From Leucoraja ocellata (lineage: Eukaryota): a DNA stretch of 64,000 nucleotides. The stretch lies in contig JAWMAR010000136.1 in NCBI GenBank assembly GCA_036785375.1, forward strand, positions 1,612,001 through 1,676,000. The letters are read 5' to 3'. Shown piece after piece: positions 25,200-37,214 of the stretch (its first letter is position 1; each line of letters starts with the position of its first letter). The translations under genes and the position numbers were made by a program. The notes beneath the pieces are model-generated. The model was not told the DNA's origin, did not search any database, and saw only the letters and a list, made by a program, of their open reading frames with translations.

Positions 25200-25929
25200 T
25201 TACAAAAAAACTACAAAACATAATAGAACAGAACCAGTAATTACATGTTGGTGAGAATAAAATAGTGGGTGGGCAGGGCGGGGATGGTAGTCGGTGGGCA
25301 GGGCGGGGATGGTAGTGGGTGGGCAGGGTGTAGACGGAACGTGCCGAGCGGCAGCAGCGGGTGGTTGGACAGGACGGGAACGGGTCGAGTGGCGGCTGAG
25401 CCGGAGTGGGCAGAGGGAGGGTTGGAGAGTCGGGTTGCAGGTGGCCAAGCAGTTTGGGCGGAGTTAGAGAGACACACACACACACACACGCACGCACACG
25501 CACGCACACGCACACACACACGCTGCAAACTGGTCCAATCGTCAAGTCAACGGGATCTAAACCACACCTGACAATGAATGACATGTGGAGGAATGTGCAG
25601 ATGCTGCTTTTTATGGTTGGAGGGAGGGAGTGACTGAGGGTAGGGGAAAGGAGAGGGAGGAAAAGGTGAGAGAGGGATTGGGGAGGGGAGGAGGAGAGGG
25701 GAAAGAAGAGGGAGGGTGAAGAGGAGGGGGAAGGAGTGCCTAGAGATGAGGGGAAATGAGCCGTGCCTGCGCAGTTGGGGGCTATGCGTGAGTGGTGCAA
25801 TATTGTGTTGGGGGGACGGGATGCATTGGGGGAACGGGTGAGTGGTGGAATATTGCAATGGGGAACATGTTGTGTTGGGGGACCAGGCCTCCCATGTAAC
25901 AGGTACCAAACAGGTCCCGCTTAGTCTAG
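25200..25929 (+). mobile_element. Non-autonomous Helitron-like element with (CA/CACG)n microsatellite
   Basis: 3' end small hairpin followed by ...ttagtCTAG at about 25929. G-rich low-complexity interior. Confidence 0.5.
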
Positions 25930-26636
25930 GTATTAAAATACAACTCTCAAATATTCAGATTGCCTTATAGTTCAATATTTGCTTTGGTTACTTTTATATT
26001 CAGTTATGTAATGAATACTCTATACCTTAATTCATGCATCCCTATTCAATATTCCAAATAATTTAAAATGGCTTCATTTCAATAAATGTTCATCAAAAAT
26101 TAATAATCCAATAAAATAAAAATACACCATAAATTTAAAAAATGCACAATCATATATATTTTAAAAATAATTGATACAATGGGAAGCCAATGTTAAACTT
26201 AGGCCCTCTACTCCCATCTGCTTTCATCCGCTCATCATCTGCCCCTCCCCTGGATCCATTTGCACATTCTCTGCTCCCCATCTGGTTCTACCGGTTGCCA
26301 ACTAATCCCCATCACATTCTCCCACATCCAACTACATACTGGTTATCTTTTCCAATCCCCCCAATGTCCTGTTGCATAGACTCACCCAAAACATATAATA
26401 CCTTCAGCCTCCCGAGATGCTGCTTGACCCGCTGAGTTCTTCCAGCATTCTGTTTTTGTCTCCAGTTCAGCATTGCTTTTAGTCTAGTTTTGTTTAGTTT
26501 AGAGATACAGTTTGGAAACAGGCCCTTTGGTCCACCAGGTTCGCGCTGATCAATGATCCCCTGGTGTTGTTTAAAGTGAGCTTCCGTGGGACTATTAATG
26601 GATGTAAAAATAACAAATTTATTTATGTTCCATCAG

Positions 26637-26984
26637 GAGTTCCGTTGATCACAGAGTTGACCCAGCCACGTCTGGTCAGTGTGTGGTGGAGCCAATCCGT
26701 CACGTTAAACTGTACGTTTACCTATAATGCAAGTGTGAATGCCTGGCTCCGTGTTTCCTGGTATCGGACATCGCCTGAAGGGGCTGATGCTACTTACAAA
26801 ATGGACAACTTGCTCTGCAATCCTCACCCCCTCTGGGATGGTTTCAACCACTGTACGGTATCACTGAAGATTGAAAATGTATCGTTTGGTCACTCTGTTT
26901 ACGATTACATTTGTGAGGTGAAGTTACCAAATGTCTTCCCTCCAATTCATGAAAAGGGCCAAGGAACAAGAATACAGGTTTATG
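26637..26984 (+). CDS. Gene B exon 2: IgV domain, germline VJ-type, near-copy of the gene A V exon
   Basis: Acceptor tatgttccatcag, donor TATG|gtaaag, 348 nt. Same Cys/Trp framework and GQGTRIQV as gene A. Confidence 0.93.
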
Positions 26985-29383
26985 GTAAAGTATTTCCAAT
27001 ACTATGATGATCTCCAGTCTCTGCACTCTATACAGGTTTATGATAAAGTATTTATATAATTCTGCAGAAATGCAGTTCCTATAGTATATATATTGATTAT
27101 ACTTACATATCATACCACATTTAGATACATTGACATAGATTAATAACACACACCATGGGAAGTCAGGCTAATTAATTGTAATTCATTCCAACCAAGAAGA
27201 ATAATAAGTAATTTACCAATGTTGATTGTGGAATTTTCAGTCAAATGTAGTCTGTGCAGTTATGTAGCCAAGGCAAAGGGATCATAAAATAAAGTTGGGG
27301 AAAGGTAGAAACACTGAGCAGCATAGGTTACAACTGTGTTAAGAGAAACAATTAAAGTTTATTTTTCCACAAATTCTGCCTGAGAGCTTGCAATAGTTTT
27401 TATTTTCAACTCAGATCTCCAGCATCTGCAGTTTTAATGAAAAGAATCATAGGTTAGGTATGAAGACTATCACTGAAATTAATTTTGTGCGTCTTTCATT
27501 GTTATTATCTGCTCCAAGTGTTGGCAGGATGGATACGATGGGTTTAGAGGGTTAATGGCCAGGCGCAGGCAGGTGGTACGAGTGTAGATGGGGAATATAG
27601 GTTAGCGTGGGCAAGTTGGGCCGAAGGGCCTGTTTCCATGCTGTATGACTCTATTAGCTGGTTTTACAATTGTTAAAATATTCCAAATATTTGGATTGCC
27701 TATACTTCAATACATGTTTAGGTTAAATTTATATTCAGTAATCTACTTGATAATTTAATAGTTTGTATGTTAGATACCTATGTGCACTTACACTTAGGTT
27801 GTAAGCTGTAGGCAAATGGGTCTAGATCCTAATCCTAACATTGTGGGGAATGGGTATGGTGGGCCAAAGGGCTTATTTCCATTCTGTACAGCACTATAAC
27901 TCTATAACCACCTCCAAAATTCTCAGTCATCACTGCTTAATCGACAAAGTTTGAAAGATTATTACCATGGTCTTTACATTTTTCTCTTCTCTTTGGCGGA
28001 TTATTCTCTCTCTCCTGCAATGCACTGACCCCCTTCATCAATACTGCCACGTCCCTTCTCGTCTTCCCTTCCCCATCCTTCTGCAGTATCTTCATCCAAG
28101 AATGTTACACTTTCTTTTTGGACATATCTCTGGTTTTCTTGTCACATTCTAATCCTGGGTGTTCAGTTGGTCTTTCAGGTCCAGGTTAAATCCATATCTG
28201 ATGTTAAATGCAGCTCTGTTTAGCCTGTTCACTGCCAATTTTCTTTTCACTTTTGGCCAATGACCCAAGTATACTCGGGGGTGGCACTAAACAGGTTAAA
28301 TGTGTAACGCACTCTATCTATTCCTGCGTAACAACTCTCTATTATTTGTTCTGGAAAAATGGATCACTGTCAATTTGTTCTGCTTCCTATAGAGATCCCG
28401 ACAATTATTCCTTCCTTGACCCTAACTCTACTCCTCCTCTCCTGAACAGTTGACCGACCCAGGACGTAAAGGATCTTGGCTCTGTTTGCTTCTCCCCTCA
28501 GTACACACAACTGAATGGTGAATAGGGTAAGATGTCCTGAGTGGTCAAGGCCCGAAATGTCACCTGTACCTTCTCCAGAGATGCTGTCTGACCCACTGAG
28601 TTACTCCAGCTTTTTGTGTCTATCTTCAGTTTAAACCAGCATTTGCAGTTCTACATTTGCTACATATGCCCTGAGAGGTCTTTGGCTTAATATCGATAAT
28701 ATCAAAAACAATAGTGGGAAAAGAGCAATGCAACCAAGACCTCAACAGTGGAACAGGCGGAGGATGATGGCTGTCCTTTGTGGAGTGTCACAACGGCTGG
28801 GAAGGTGGATGAAAGCTGCAATAGGAAAGGGTCTCCGGCCATCTTGGATTCCATGCCACTGGATCCTGACCCAGATCTGTCAAGGACTGTGGGGTGGCTG
28901 TCTGTGCACCAGCCTCCCCACGTTAAACAAAGTCACGCACAGGTGTCCTCCATATAGGGAATAACATTCTGGAGACACCCATAGTCAGCCATGGCCGAAG
29001 GGGGCCTAAGCAGAGTAGGTCATGCAAACTTTGTCAACATTTATCCAAGTTAACAATTAACAATAAAACTTATAACACTCATAGGAAGGCCTTTGTGTGG
29101 GTCTACAAGACATTGGTTATCACCAGGAAAAAATAATATTTCTGATTCACACTTACTGAAGTGGAATTGTTTTTAACATTAAAGATAGACACACAATGCT
29201 GAAGTAACACAAGGGGACAGGCAGCATCTCTGGAGAGAAGGAATGGGTGATGTTTCAGGTCAAGACCCTTCTTCAGACCTTTATAGATTGTGGATAAATG
29301 CTAACTAACATGCTTTGTTCTTTTTATTTAGCATGTAAGTATATAGCACAACATATAACTTTGTTTCATGTTATTTGTTCCAG

Positions 29384-29707
29384 TCCCAGAATCTACACCA
29401 AAAATTCTAATGACTCAGGGAGATTTAATAGCAGAGAAAGCATCTGTTTTGTACTGCCATGCATGGGGATTTTATCCTGAGAACATCACAATGCAATGGC
29501 AACATCCTCACAGAACTCAAGCTACAAAATCAGATGTTATTACCACAAAACTCTCCCCTTCCAGGAACTCTGATGGCACATTTAACGCAACAAGTCAAAT
29601 TAGTTTTACTCCCACCTTGCAAGACCACAGGACAGTCTGTACTTGTCAGGTTCTTCATACAACAAGCAAAGAGTGGATAATGCAACACATAACACTCAAT
29701 GTTAATT
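29384..29707 (+). CDS. Gene B exon 3: Ig C1-set domain
   Basis: Acceptor atttgttccag (alternative in-frame AG 6 nt downstream), donor AATT|gtaagt. C1 signatures LYCHAWGFYP..I.MQW, N.DGTF..TS, CTCQVLH. Confidence 0.92.
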
Positions 29708-30634
29708 GTAAGTATGTTCATTTAATGCTCTTTCATTACAATTTACAATTACGTACCATGGATCTACCTGACGTGGGCTAAGTTCTAAGTATTTAACTTT
29801 TAGCCTTTTAAATAACTAGGTAATGTCAGAAATGGATACATCAGTAAACTGTCCTCTCACCTTGATGTTTCAGTCTCAAATTGACTGTGGTGAAGGTCTG
29901 CTTGATCTTGTAGTCTTATACAATTTGGCCAGGATGTGGTGTAAAGTGAAGTGGTTCTCTCAAAATCCAAACTAAGCACTAGGGTGTAGGCTACAAGTGA
30001 GCACGTTCCACTGGATAACAATGCCAACATTGCTTTTCATGGACATTGCTGATGATTGAGAGTTAACAGTCTATAATTAATTGACTTTTTGAAAGGGACC
30101 TGCCTGGTGATTAATCCATGCTGATAGCTATGCAATGTTGTAAATGTACCGAAACAGCATGGCTGGAGACAATGGGATAGAACATCACCCAATGAGGCAT
30201 GTTGTCTCTCCTATTGATTCCTGTGAAGATTTATAGCCCGTGGATCACATTGCTAACACTTCTAATTGGTAACAAATTTCAACAATGCTTTTCTCAATCT
30301 CAATTGTTGAGTTAGCTGGAACATAGTGGACATTTCTAGCTATCCATTTTAGCACGGGTCTAGAGGAGGGATAAAACATTTGTCAGTGATAATTACAGTG
30401 ATTTAGGAATGCAGAAAGATTGAAGAAGATGGAATTTTACCAAGTTGAATGGAGAAAGTCAAGGAAGTTAATGCATAAAACTACAGATGTTGAAATCTGA
30501 AACATGAACCAAAATGTTAGAAGAACTCACCCGGTCCAGATGAAAGAGAAACAATAATTTGATTCATTGACCCTTCCTTGGAAATGGAGAGACTGGAGAG
30601 AGTTTAGTTTAGTTTTGTTTAGAAACACAGTATG

Positions 30635-30910
30635 GAAACCGGCCCTTCGACCCACCAAGTCCGCGCCTACCAGCTATTCCCACACATTAACACTATGCTA
30701 CACACATTAGGGACAGTTTACATATATATAATTTACATTTATACCAAGCCAACCTACAAATCTGTACATCTTTGGAGCGTGGGAGGAAACGGAAGATCTC
30801 GGAGAAAACCCACGCAGGTCACGGGGAGGACGTACAAATTCAGTATAGAGCACGTTACGTCAGGATCTAACCTGGATCTCTGCCATTGTAAGGCAGCAAC
30901 ACTACTGCTG
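30635..30910 (-). mobile_element. tRNA-derived V-SINE-type element (further copies about 41270-41550 -, 54470-54620 +, 61770-62030 -)
   Basis: Shared core ggagaaaacccacgcaggtcacggggag.acgtacaaac across the copies. Confidence 0.7.
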
Positions 30911-31092
30911 CAGTAATTCTACTGGAGTGCAGGGTTTACAGTTTTCAAAGCAGAGCTGGAGGGAGGAATGAGAGGCAAGACAATGGAGATAAGTTAAGAC
31001 AGGTCAGATATTAAGGACCATGACTGTTCAAATAAGCTGTTTGTGAAAGGAACATAAGGACACATTAGGAGATCAGTATCTGAAGTTGGAAA

Positions 31093-31607
31093 ACATAGAA
31101 ACATAGAAAATAGGTGCAGGAGAAGGCCATTCGGCCCTTCGAGCCAGCACTGCCATTCAATATGATCATGGTTGATCCTCCAACTCAGGATCCTGTACCT
31201 GCCTTCTCTCCATACCCCCTGATCCCTTTAGCCACAAGGGCCACATCTAACTCCCTCTTAAATATAGCCAATGAACTGGCCTCAACTACCTTCTGTGGCA
31301 GAGAATTCCAGAGATTCACCACTCTCTGTGTGAAAAAAGTTCTTCTCATCTCGGTCCTAAAAGATTTCCCCCTTATCCTTAAACTGTGACCCCTTGTTCT
31401 GGATTTCCCCAACATCGGGAACAATCTACCTGCATCTAGCCTGTCCAACCCCTTAAGAATTTTGTAAGTTTCTATAAGATCCCCCCTCAATCTTCTAAAT
31501 TCTAGCGAGTACAAACCGAGCCTATCCAGTCTTTCTTCATATGAAAGTCCTGACATCCCAGGAATCAGTCTGGTGAACCTTCTCTGTACTCCCTCTATGG
31601 CAAGAAT
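31093..31607 (-). mobile_element. CR1 LINE 3' fragment
   Basis: ORF with VQRRFTRLIPG..GLSYEERL..LGLYSLE.RRLRGDLIE.YKIL. Confidence 0.9.
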
Positions 31608-31914
31608 GCGTAATATTAATTCCGGAAGATTGCAAAAGTACCTCAACAGATGATAAGATGTTGTTCTAGTTTATGTCGGGCATCACTACTGGGAGTGGAG
31701 CGGCCACTGATGCACAGGTCAGAATAGAAGTAGAATTGAGAAATAAATTGGGAAGTACTAGGAAGCTGGGGATCACTACTAGACCACTGAGTGCAGGTGC
31801 TCATCAAAACTACCATTATATCTGCATTTGTTTCCTCCAATGTAGTGGAGACCAAATTGAGATAATCATATCCAGTACATTACATTGGACAAAACCTCAT
31901 CTGCCTCTTAATGA

Positions 31915-32262
31915 GGAAGGTTGTTCCCGATGTTGGGGAAGTCCAGGACAAGGGGTCACAGCTTAAGGATAAGGGGGAAATCCTTTAAAACCGAGATGAG
32001 AAGAACTTTTTTCACACGGAGAGTGGTGAATCTCTGGAACTCTCTGCCACAGAGGGTAGTTGAGGCCAGTTCATTGGCTATATTTAAGAGGGAGTTAGAT
32101 GTGGCCCTTGTGGCTAAGGGGATCAGGGGGTATGGAGAGAAGGCAGGTACGGGATACTGAGTTGGATGATCAGCCATGATCATATTGAATGGCGGTGCAG
32201 GCTCGAAGGGCCGAATGGCTTACCCCTGCACCTAATTTCTATGTTTCTATGTTTCTATGTTT
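31915..32262 (+). mobile_element. CR1 LINE 3' fragment, inverted relative to the copy at 31093
   Basis: TRGHSLRIRGKSF..EMRRTFFT..VVNLWNSLP and (TTCTATGT)n tail. Confidence 0.9.
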
Positions 32263-32939
32263 AATGAGTAATTCTCTTAATTAATGAAGGGTTTTGAAAG
32301 GGAAAATTGAGAAAGGTTATTGGCCAAAAATTAACCTGCACATTGCTAAAATCTAACAGGGATGTTCAAATGACACAAACTCACACAGTACTGTATACAA
32401 TTGCACTTCTTATCTGTCAACTATTAAGCTTGCAGCCTTCCTCACCACCACTGATCCAAACAAACCATCAAATCTTGAACTTTCATGGCAACTCTGCCAG
32501 TCTGATTTGCCAGTCTGATTTGCATTTACTTCTCATGGCCTTTGTTGGTTCTGAAGCCACCCATTAGGCCAAATGGTGTAGGAAAAGTATAACCGTGAAT
32601 TCAATGTCATGCCATTGGGGTGTAAGCTACCCAAGCAGAACATTAGGTGCCGTTCTTTCACTTAGTATGTGGCCTCACTCTTGTGATGGAGGAATGTATG
32701 GGCAAAATCTGGACTCTTGTTTTATGCCAACACTGGAGTAATTGGCCAAATAACCTCCACAATTTTATAAAACATTCAGTACTGTTAATCAAAATGGTAT
32801 TTCAAATATGCAAAATCTATTTTAAATAACAGGCTAAAAATGAGGCGCAAATACAAAGGGGTGACAGGTGGTACTTTCGAAGCTTTGTTGAAGCTGCCCT
32901 TGTGACTAATGCCGTTTCTTTTTCACTGTTCTGATTGAG

Positions 32940-33260
32940 ATGGTCCACAGCCAGCAATACAATACAGGAATTCTATTGCGCATCAATTGCAGCCTCTGCT
33001 CCAAGACATCATCTATGTTGAACCTCAGTCGTATCTTCAACTAAATTGTACCACGGACAGTAATCCAATATCCACGGTCATCTGGATGAAATCGGGAGAG
33101 CAAACTGAAAGGATACAATTGACTATTGGATTAAGCCATTCAAATCTGCAGAAAGAGAAGATCGATGATTCCTTCAATGGAAAGTATATCTGCAGAGCTT
33201 ACAATTCATATGGCGCCAAAGAATCTTCTGTGAGAGTATACGTGACATCAGATTGGAAAA
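32940..33260 (+). CDS. Gene B exon 4: Ig C2/I-set domain
   Basis: Acceptor ...ctgttctgattgag, donor AAAA|gtaagt, 321 nt, phase 1/1. YGPQ, LNCTTDSNP..TVIW, GKYICRAYNSYG. Confidence 0.9.
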
Positions 33261-33526
33261 GTAAGTACCGTTATATCGGTCAAATACACAATATTTTTCT
33301 AATTTGTTAATTTATAGAGGGGTGATGTGCAAAATCAGGCTCCTGTAACAACTGAGGCTCCTGCCAAATCATTGATATTCTACACTTTCCAGTAAGCAGA
33401 ATGACAATACATGAATACAATCGAGCCATCCACACTGTACAGATAGATGCATGATAAAGGGAATAGTGTGAATATGTTTAGTGCAAGATTAAGTCCAGTA
33501 AAGTCTGATAAAAAATAGTCCAAGGG

Positions 33527-33972
33527 CACAGCACATTTGGAAGAAATGAGACTCCTCCTAATAGACATACAAGACCAATTCTTAATGAGTTGGTCCCCAT
33601 TTATTGGTTTCTTGGATTCATGTGGAGCTACAGTATCGTGAAAATTAAAAGTTTCAGGTATGGGTGAAAGCCGATCGAGAACATAAAAAATCATCTCCTT
33701 GTGGCGATTGAATAAACTCCCTCCTGCTTTCTCTCCTCACTTATTTCTTTTCTTCATTATTTTCTTTATCTGCCTGTTACTCACACACACTAGCCTATCC
33801 TTCACTCTTTACTACCTCTTTTTCCTTTTTTCTCTTCTTACTTTTCTCTTTAAAAAAAAAGGAAGTTGTACAGAGAATGTAATATGTTAACATAATTTTG
33901 GGTACCTATAGAGAGGTACCACTGTATTGTACTTACTTCTAATAAATAAAATTATATTAAAAAAAAAAAAAA
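33527..33972 (+). mobile_element. 5'-truncated L1/Tx1-type LINE insertion with poly(A) and TSD
   Basis: ORF2 C-terminus HLEEMR..F..WSPFIGFL*, AATAAA plus poly(A). (aaaa)atagtccaaggg is duplicated on both sides. Confidence 0.75.
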
Positions 33973-34333
33973 TAGTCCAAGGGTCTCCAATGAGGTAGAT
34001 GGTAGCTTAGGACTGCTACCTAGTTGTTGATAGGAAGGCTCAGTTGCCTGATTTTGCCTTTGTGAATCATACATGAAGCAGCCTGAATTGCATTCATCTA
34101 TATGACCATCCACATTTCAGAGGGTAAGCACATTGTGGATGGAATGAATTAAATTCAATGAGAACAATCGAACATTGAAATTACAAATTAACATGTCTAG
34201 CCTAACGTGTTAGTGAGAACACAATTAATGGTATTTTTTTAAATATTCTAACGTGGTCAGATACGTCAGCTATTAAAAAAGAGTATATCACAATGTCTGT
34301 GCCAAACATGATGCCAAGTTAAACTGATCTCAG

Positions 34334-34495
34334 GTACACAAAATTGCTGGAGAAACTCAGCGGGTGCAGCAGCATCTATGGAGCGAAGGAAATAGGCCAC
34401 CCCTATTTCCTTTGCTCCATAGATGCTGCTACACCCGCTGAGTTTCTCCAGCAATTTTGTGTACCTTCGATCTTCCAGCATCTGCAGTTCCCTCT
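34334..34495. repeat. Palindromic Penelope-derived repeat (similar hairpins about 6050-6190, 17260-17500, 36200-36395, 40165-40335)
   Basis: aggtacacaaaattgctggagaaactcagcgggtg... paired with its reverse complement. Confidence 0.8.
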
Positions 34496-34789
34496 TGAAC
34501 ACTTAAACTGATCTCATCTGCCTGTACAAGATCCGTATCCCTCCATCCCCTGCATATCCATGTGCCTATCCAAAAGCCTCTATCGTAGCTGCCTCCACCA
34601 CAAGCCCTGGCAGTGTGTTCCAGGCCCCCACCACCACCATCACATTGTGCCAAAAAAAACTTGCCCCTCACTTCTCCAATAAACTTTCCCCCTCTCACTT
34701 TATGCCAACATTATACAACGAGTATACGGGTCTTAACTGCAATTTGAATGGATTGTAGTAAATCAATAACATTTGGATTCTTCCAATGA

Positions 34790-35440
34790 GTCTTGATTTT
34801 CTGATGCCCAGACCACAATCTGACAGCACCTCCTTCACAATAATTGTCAATATCAGTGCCCTGCAAGGATGCTTTCTCAGACCCTTACTGTATTCCCGAT
34901 ACACTAATGACTGTACGGCCAAATTCGGTTCAAAGTCCATCCACAAATTTGCAGATGACAACAGCGTGGTGGGCTGGATCATGAACAATGATAAGAAAGG
35001 AAAGATATAGAGCACTCAGTAAAATTGTGTTAGGAAAATATGGACAGAAGTCTACACATATTGACAATAACCTCTCCCTCAATGTTCGCAAGATGAGCGA
35101 TCTAGTTATCAATGTCTGAAAGTGTGGTGCAAAACATGGCCTATCGCCATCAATAAAGTAGAAATGGTTGAGATCTTAAATTGTCTTGCCTTTAATATTA
35201 TTAATTCAATGACTCTGATAATATATTATTTAATGACTCTTACAAACTTCCACAAAAGCACCATAGAAAGCCTACTGTTGGGTTGTAACACAGCTTGGTT
35301 TGGGAGCAGTTCTACCCAAGGCTGCAAGAAATTGCAGAGAATAGTAGATGTAGCCCAGACCTTCATACAGTCCAGACTTCCCACCATTGATCCCATCTAC
35401 ACTCCACTCTGCCTCAGAAAAGCAGCCAAAATAATGTAAA
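34790..35440 (+). mobile_element. Degenerate L2/Rex1-clade LINE RT fragment (similar copies about 6420-6760, 59800-60480; upstream part about 51277-52030 -)
   Basis: QGCFL.PLLYS.YTNDC...KFADD remnant. Confidence 0.75.
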
Positions 35441-36053
35441 CTTTGGCATCCTTCTTCACAGTCCGTGACCCCAGCAATCTTGATATCATCTGCAAACTAA
35501 CTATAACCATATAACAATTACAGCACGGAAACAGGCCATCTTGACCCTTCTAGTCCGTGCCGAACACGTATTCTCCCCTAGTCCCATGTACCTGCGCTCA
35601 GACCATAACCCTCCATTCCTTTCTCGTCCATATAACTATCCAATTCCAACTATCATGGGGTTTGTTTATGAAACTGATGTGCTACAATGCTGAGAACTAT
35701 ATTCTGCACTTTGCATCTTCTCCTTTGCTTTATTTACTGTGCTTGAGTTTGATGTGATTGTATTTATGTGCAGCATATCTGATCTGGTTTGATATCATCC
35801 AAAACAAAGCTTTTCACTGGACATTGGTAAACATGGCAATAAGAGATATAACCCTAGATGGGCTGGTACAATCCTATCTCACAAATTATGGCATGGAGAA
35901 TCTACAGCAGCATTAATGAGAAATGAATTTGCAATTCATGATATAAATACTGTACTGAATCGATACGCAAGGAAGGCAATTTAACTGATATTTGCTAGCG
36001 TTCTTTTATACTGATGCAAACCATAAGAAACCCTATTTTTTGTTGTATAACAG

Positions 36054-36131
36054 GTCATTTCCCTGTCCGATTTGTAACGGTGCCCATCTTCGTGACGACT
36101 GTGATTTTGTTACTGCTCTGCTGCAGGAAAG
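36054..36131 (+). CDS. Gene B exon 5: transmembrane (SHFPVRFVTVPIFVTTVILLLLCCRK)
   Basis: Acceptor tttttgttgtataacag, donor AAAG|gtaaat, 78 nt, phase 1/1. Hydrophobic run followed by CC-RK. Confidence 0.82.
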
Positions 36132-37214
36132 GTAAATTAACTGGTAAACAAACTAATGTGAAGCAGAAGTTTTAATAACTGTTAACATTCACTACTTAGG
36201 TAGATACAAAATGCTGGAGTAACTTGGCGGGACAGGCAGCATCTCTGGAGAGAATGAATGGGTAACATTTCAGGTCGAGACCCTTCTTCAGACTGTTCAT
36301 CAACATTTTATGTCTCCAGAGATGCTGTCTGTCCCGCTGAGCTACTCCAGTATTTTGTGTGTACCTTCGATTTAAATCAGCATCTGCAGTTATTTCATAA
36401 CATTCCCTGCTTGATGTGATTATTTATTTAAGTAAAATAATTTGGAATGACAAAATAATTCAAGGTACGATACCTATGGAATAAAGTATTCCTACGATGG
36501 TGAGCACCATTATTATAGTTGAATAGAGTGTGGCAACATGCAATAATCAGAGAGATGGCCCTACAAAAATGATGGATGAGCATTCTACTCAGTGTAGAAC
36601 AGTTGTCAAATTAAGTGATAATTTGAAAGGTTGATGGTAAAATTAAATATTAATCATGCAGAAAGTTGCAGATAATGGGCTGATTTTTGAAATGCAGAGA
36701 TTTAAACTAGAAAATTATGATTGAAAGAAGGAAATTGAAATCAACAAGCTGATCTTGCATGACATTGAAAAGTCACTAAGAGGAAGGATTCTTAAATGGA
36801 ATTTCCCTGGTGAAAATTTGGAACAATCAGCAAGGTTATACAAATAGCAGCAGTCAGCAGGATTGTGAAGGTGAAGGATTCTGGGGTGTTATTGCATCAC
36901 TGTAAACAAAAAGCACCACACATGTACTTGTCCAAATGCATTTTATACCAACATTTCAAAAACATTTGAACAGGTAAAGAGGTTGGAAATGTTTAGAGGA
37001 ATCTGGGCCAGGCAATTGGGACTACCTTGATGGGACATCTTGGTCAGCATTGATAGGTCGGGCTGAAGAGCCTGTTTCCATGTTTTACGACTATCAATAA
37101 ATGTGTCAAAGCATTGAATAAAACAAATGTTCTATATTATGAAAATCAGATTCCAGATGAAAAAAATGACGTATGGGAGAATTTCCCTAATAATATGTCC
37201 TTTTTATTGTATAG

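Noticed and set aside
25132-25909. Long overlapping ORFs up to 222 aa
   Set aside because: Low-complexity and microsatellite sequence within a repeat.
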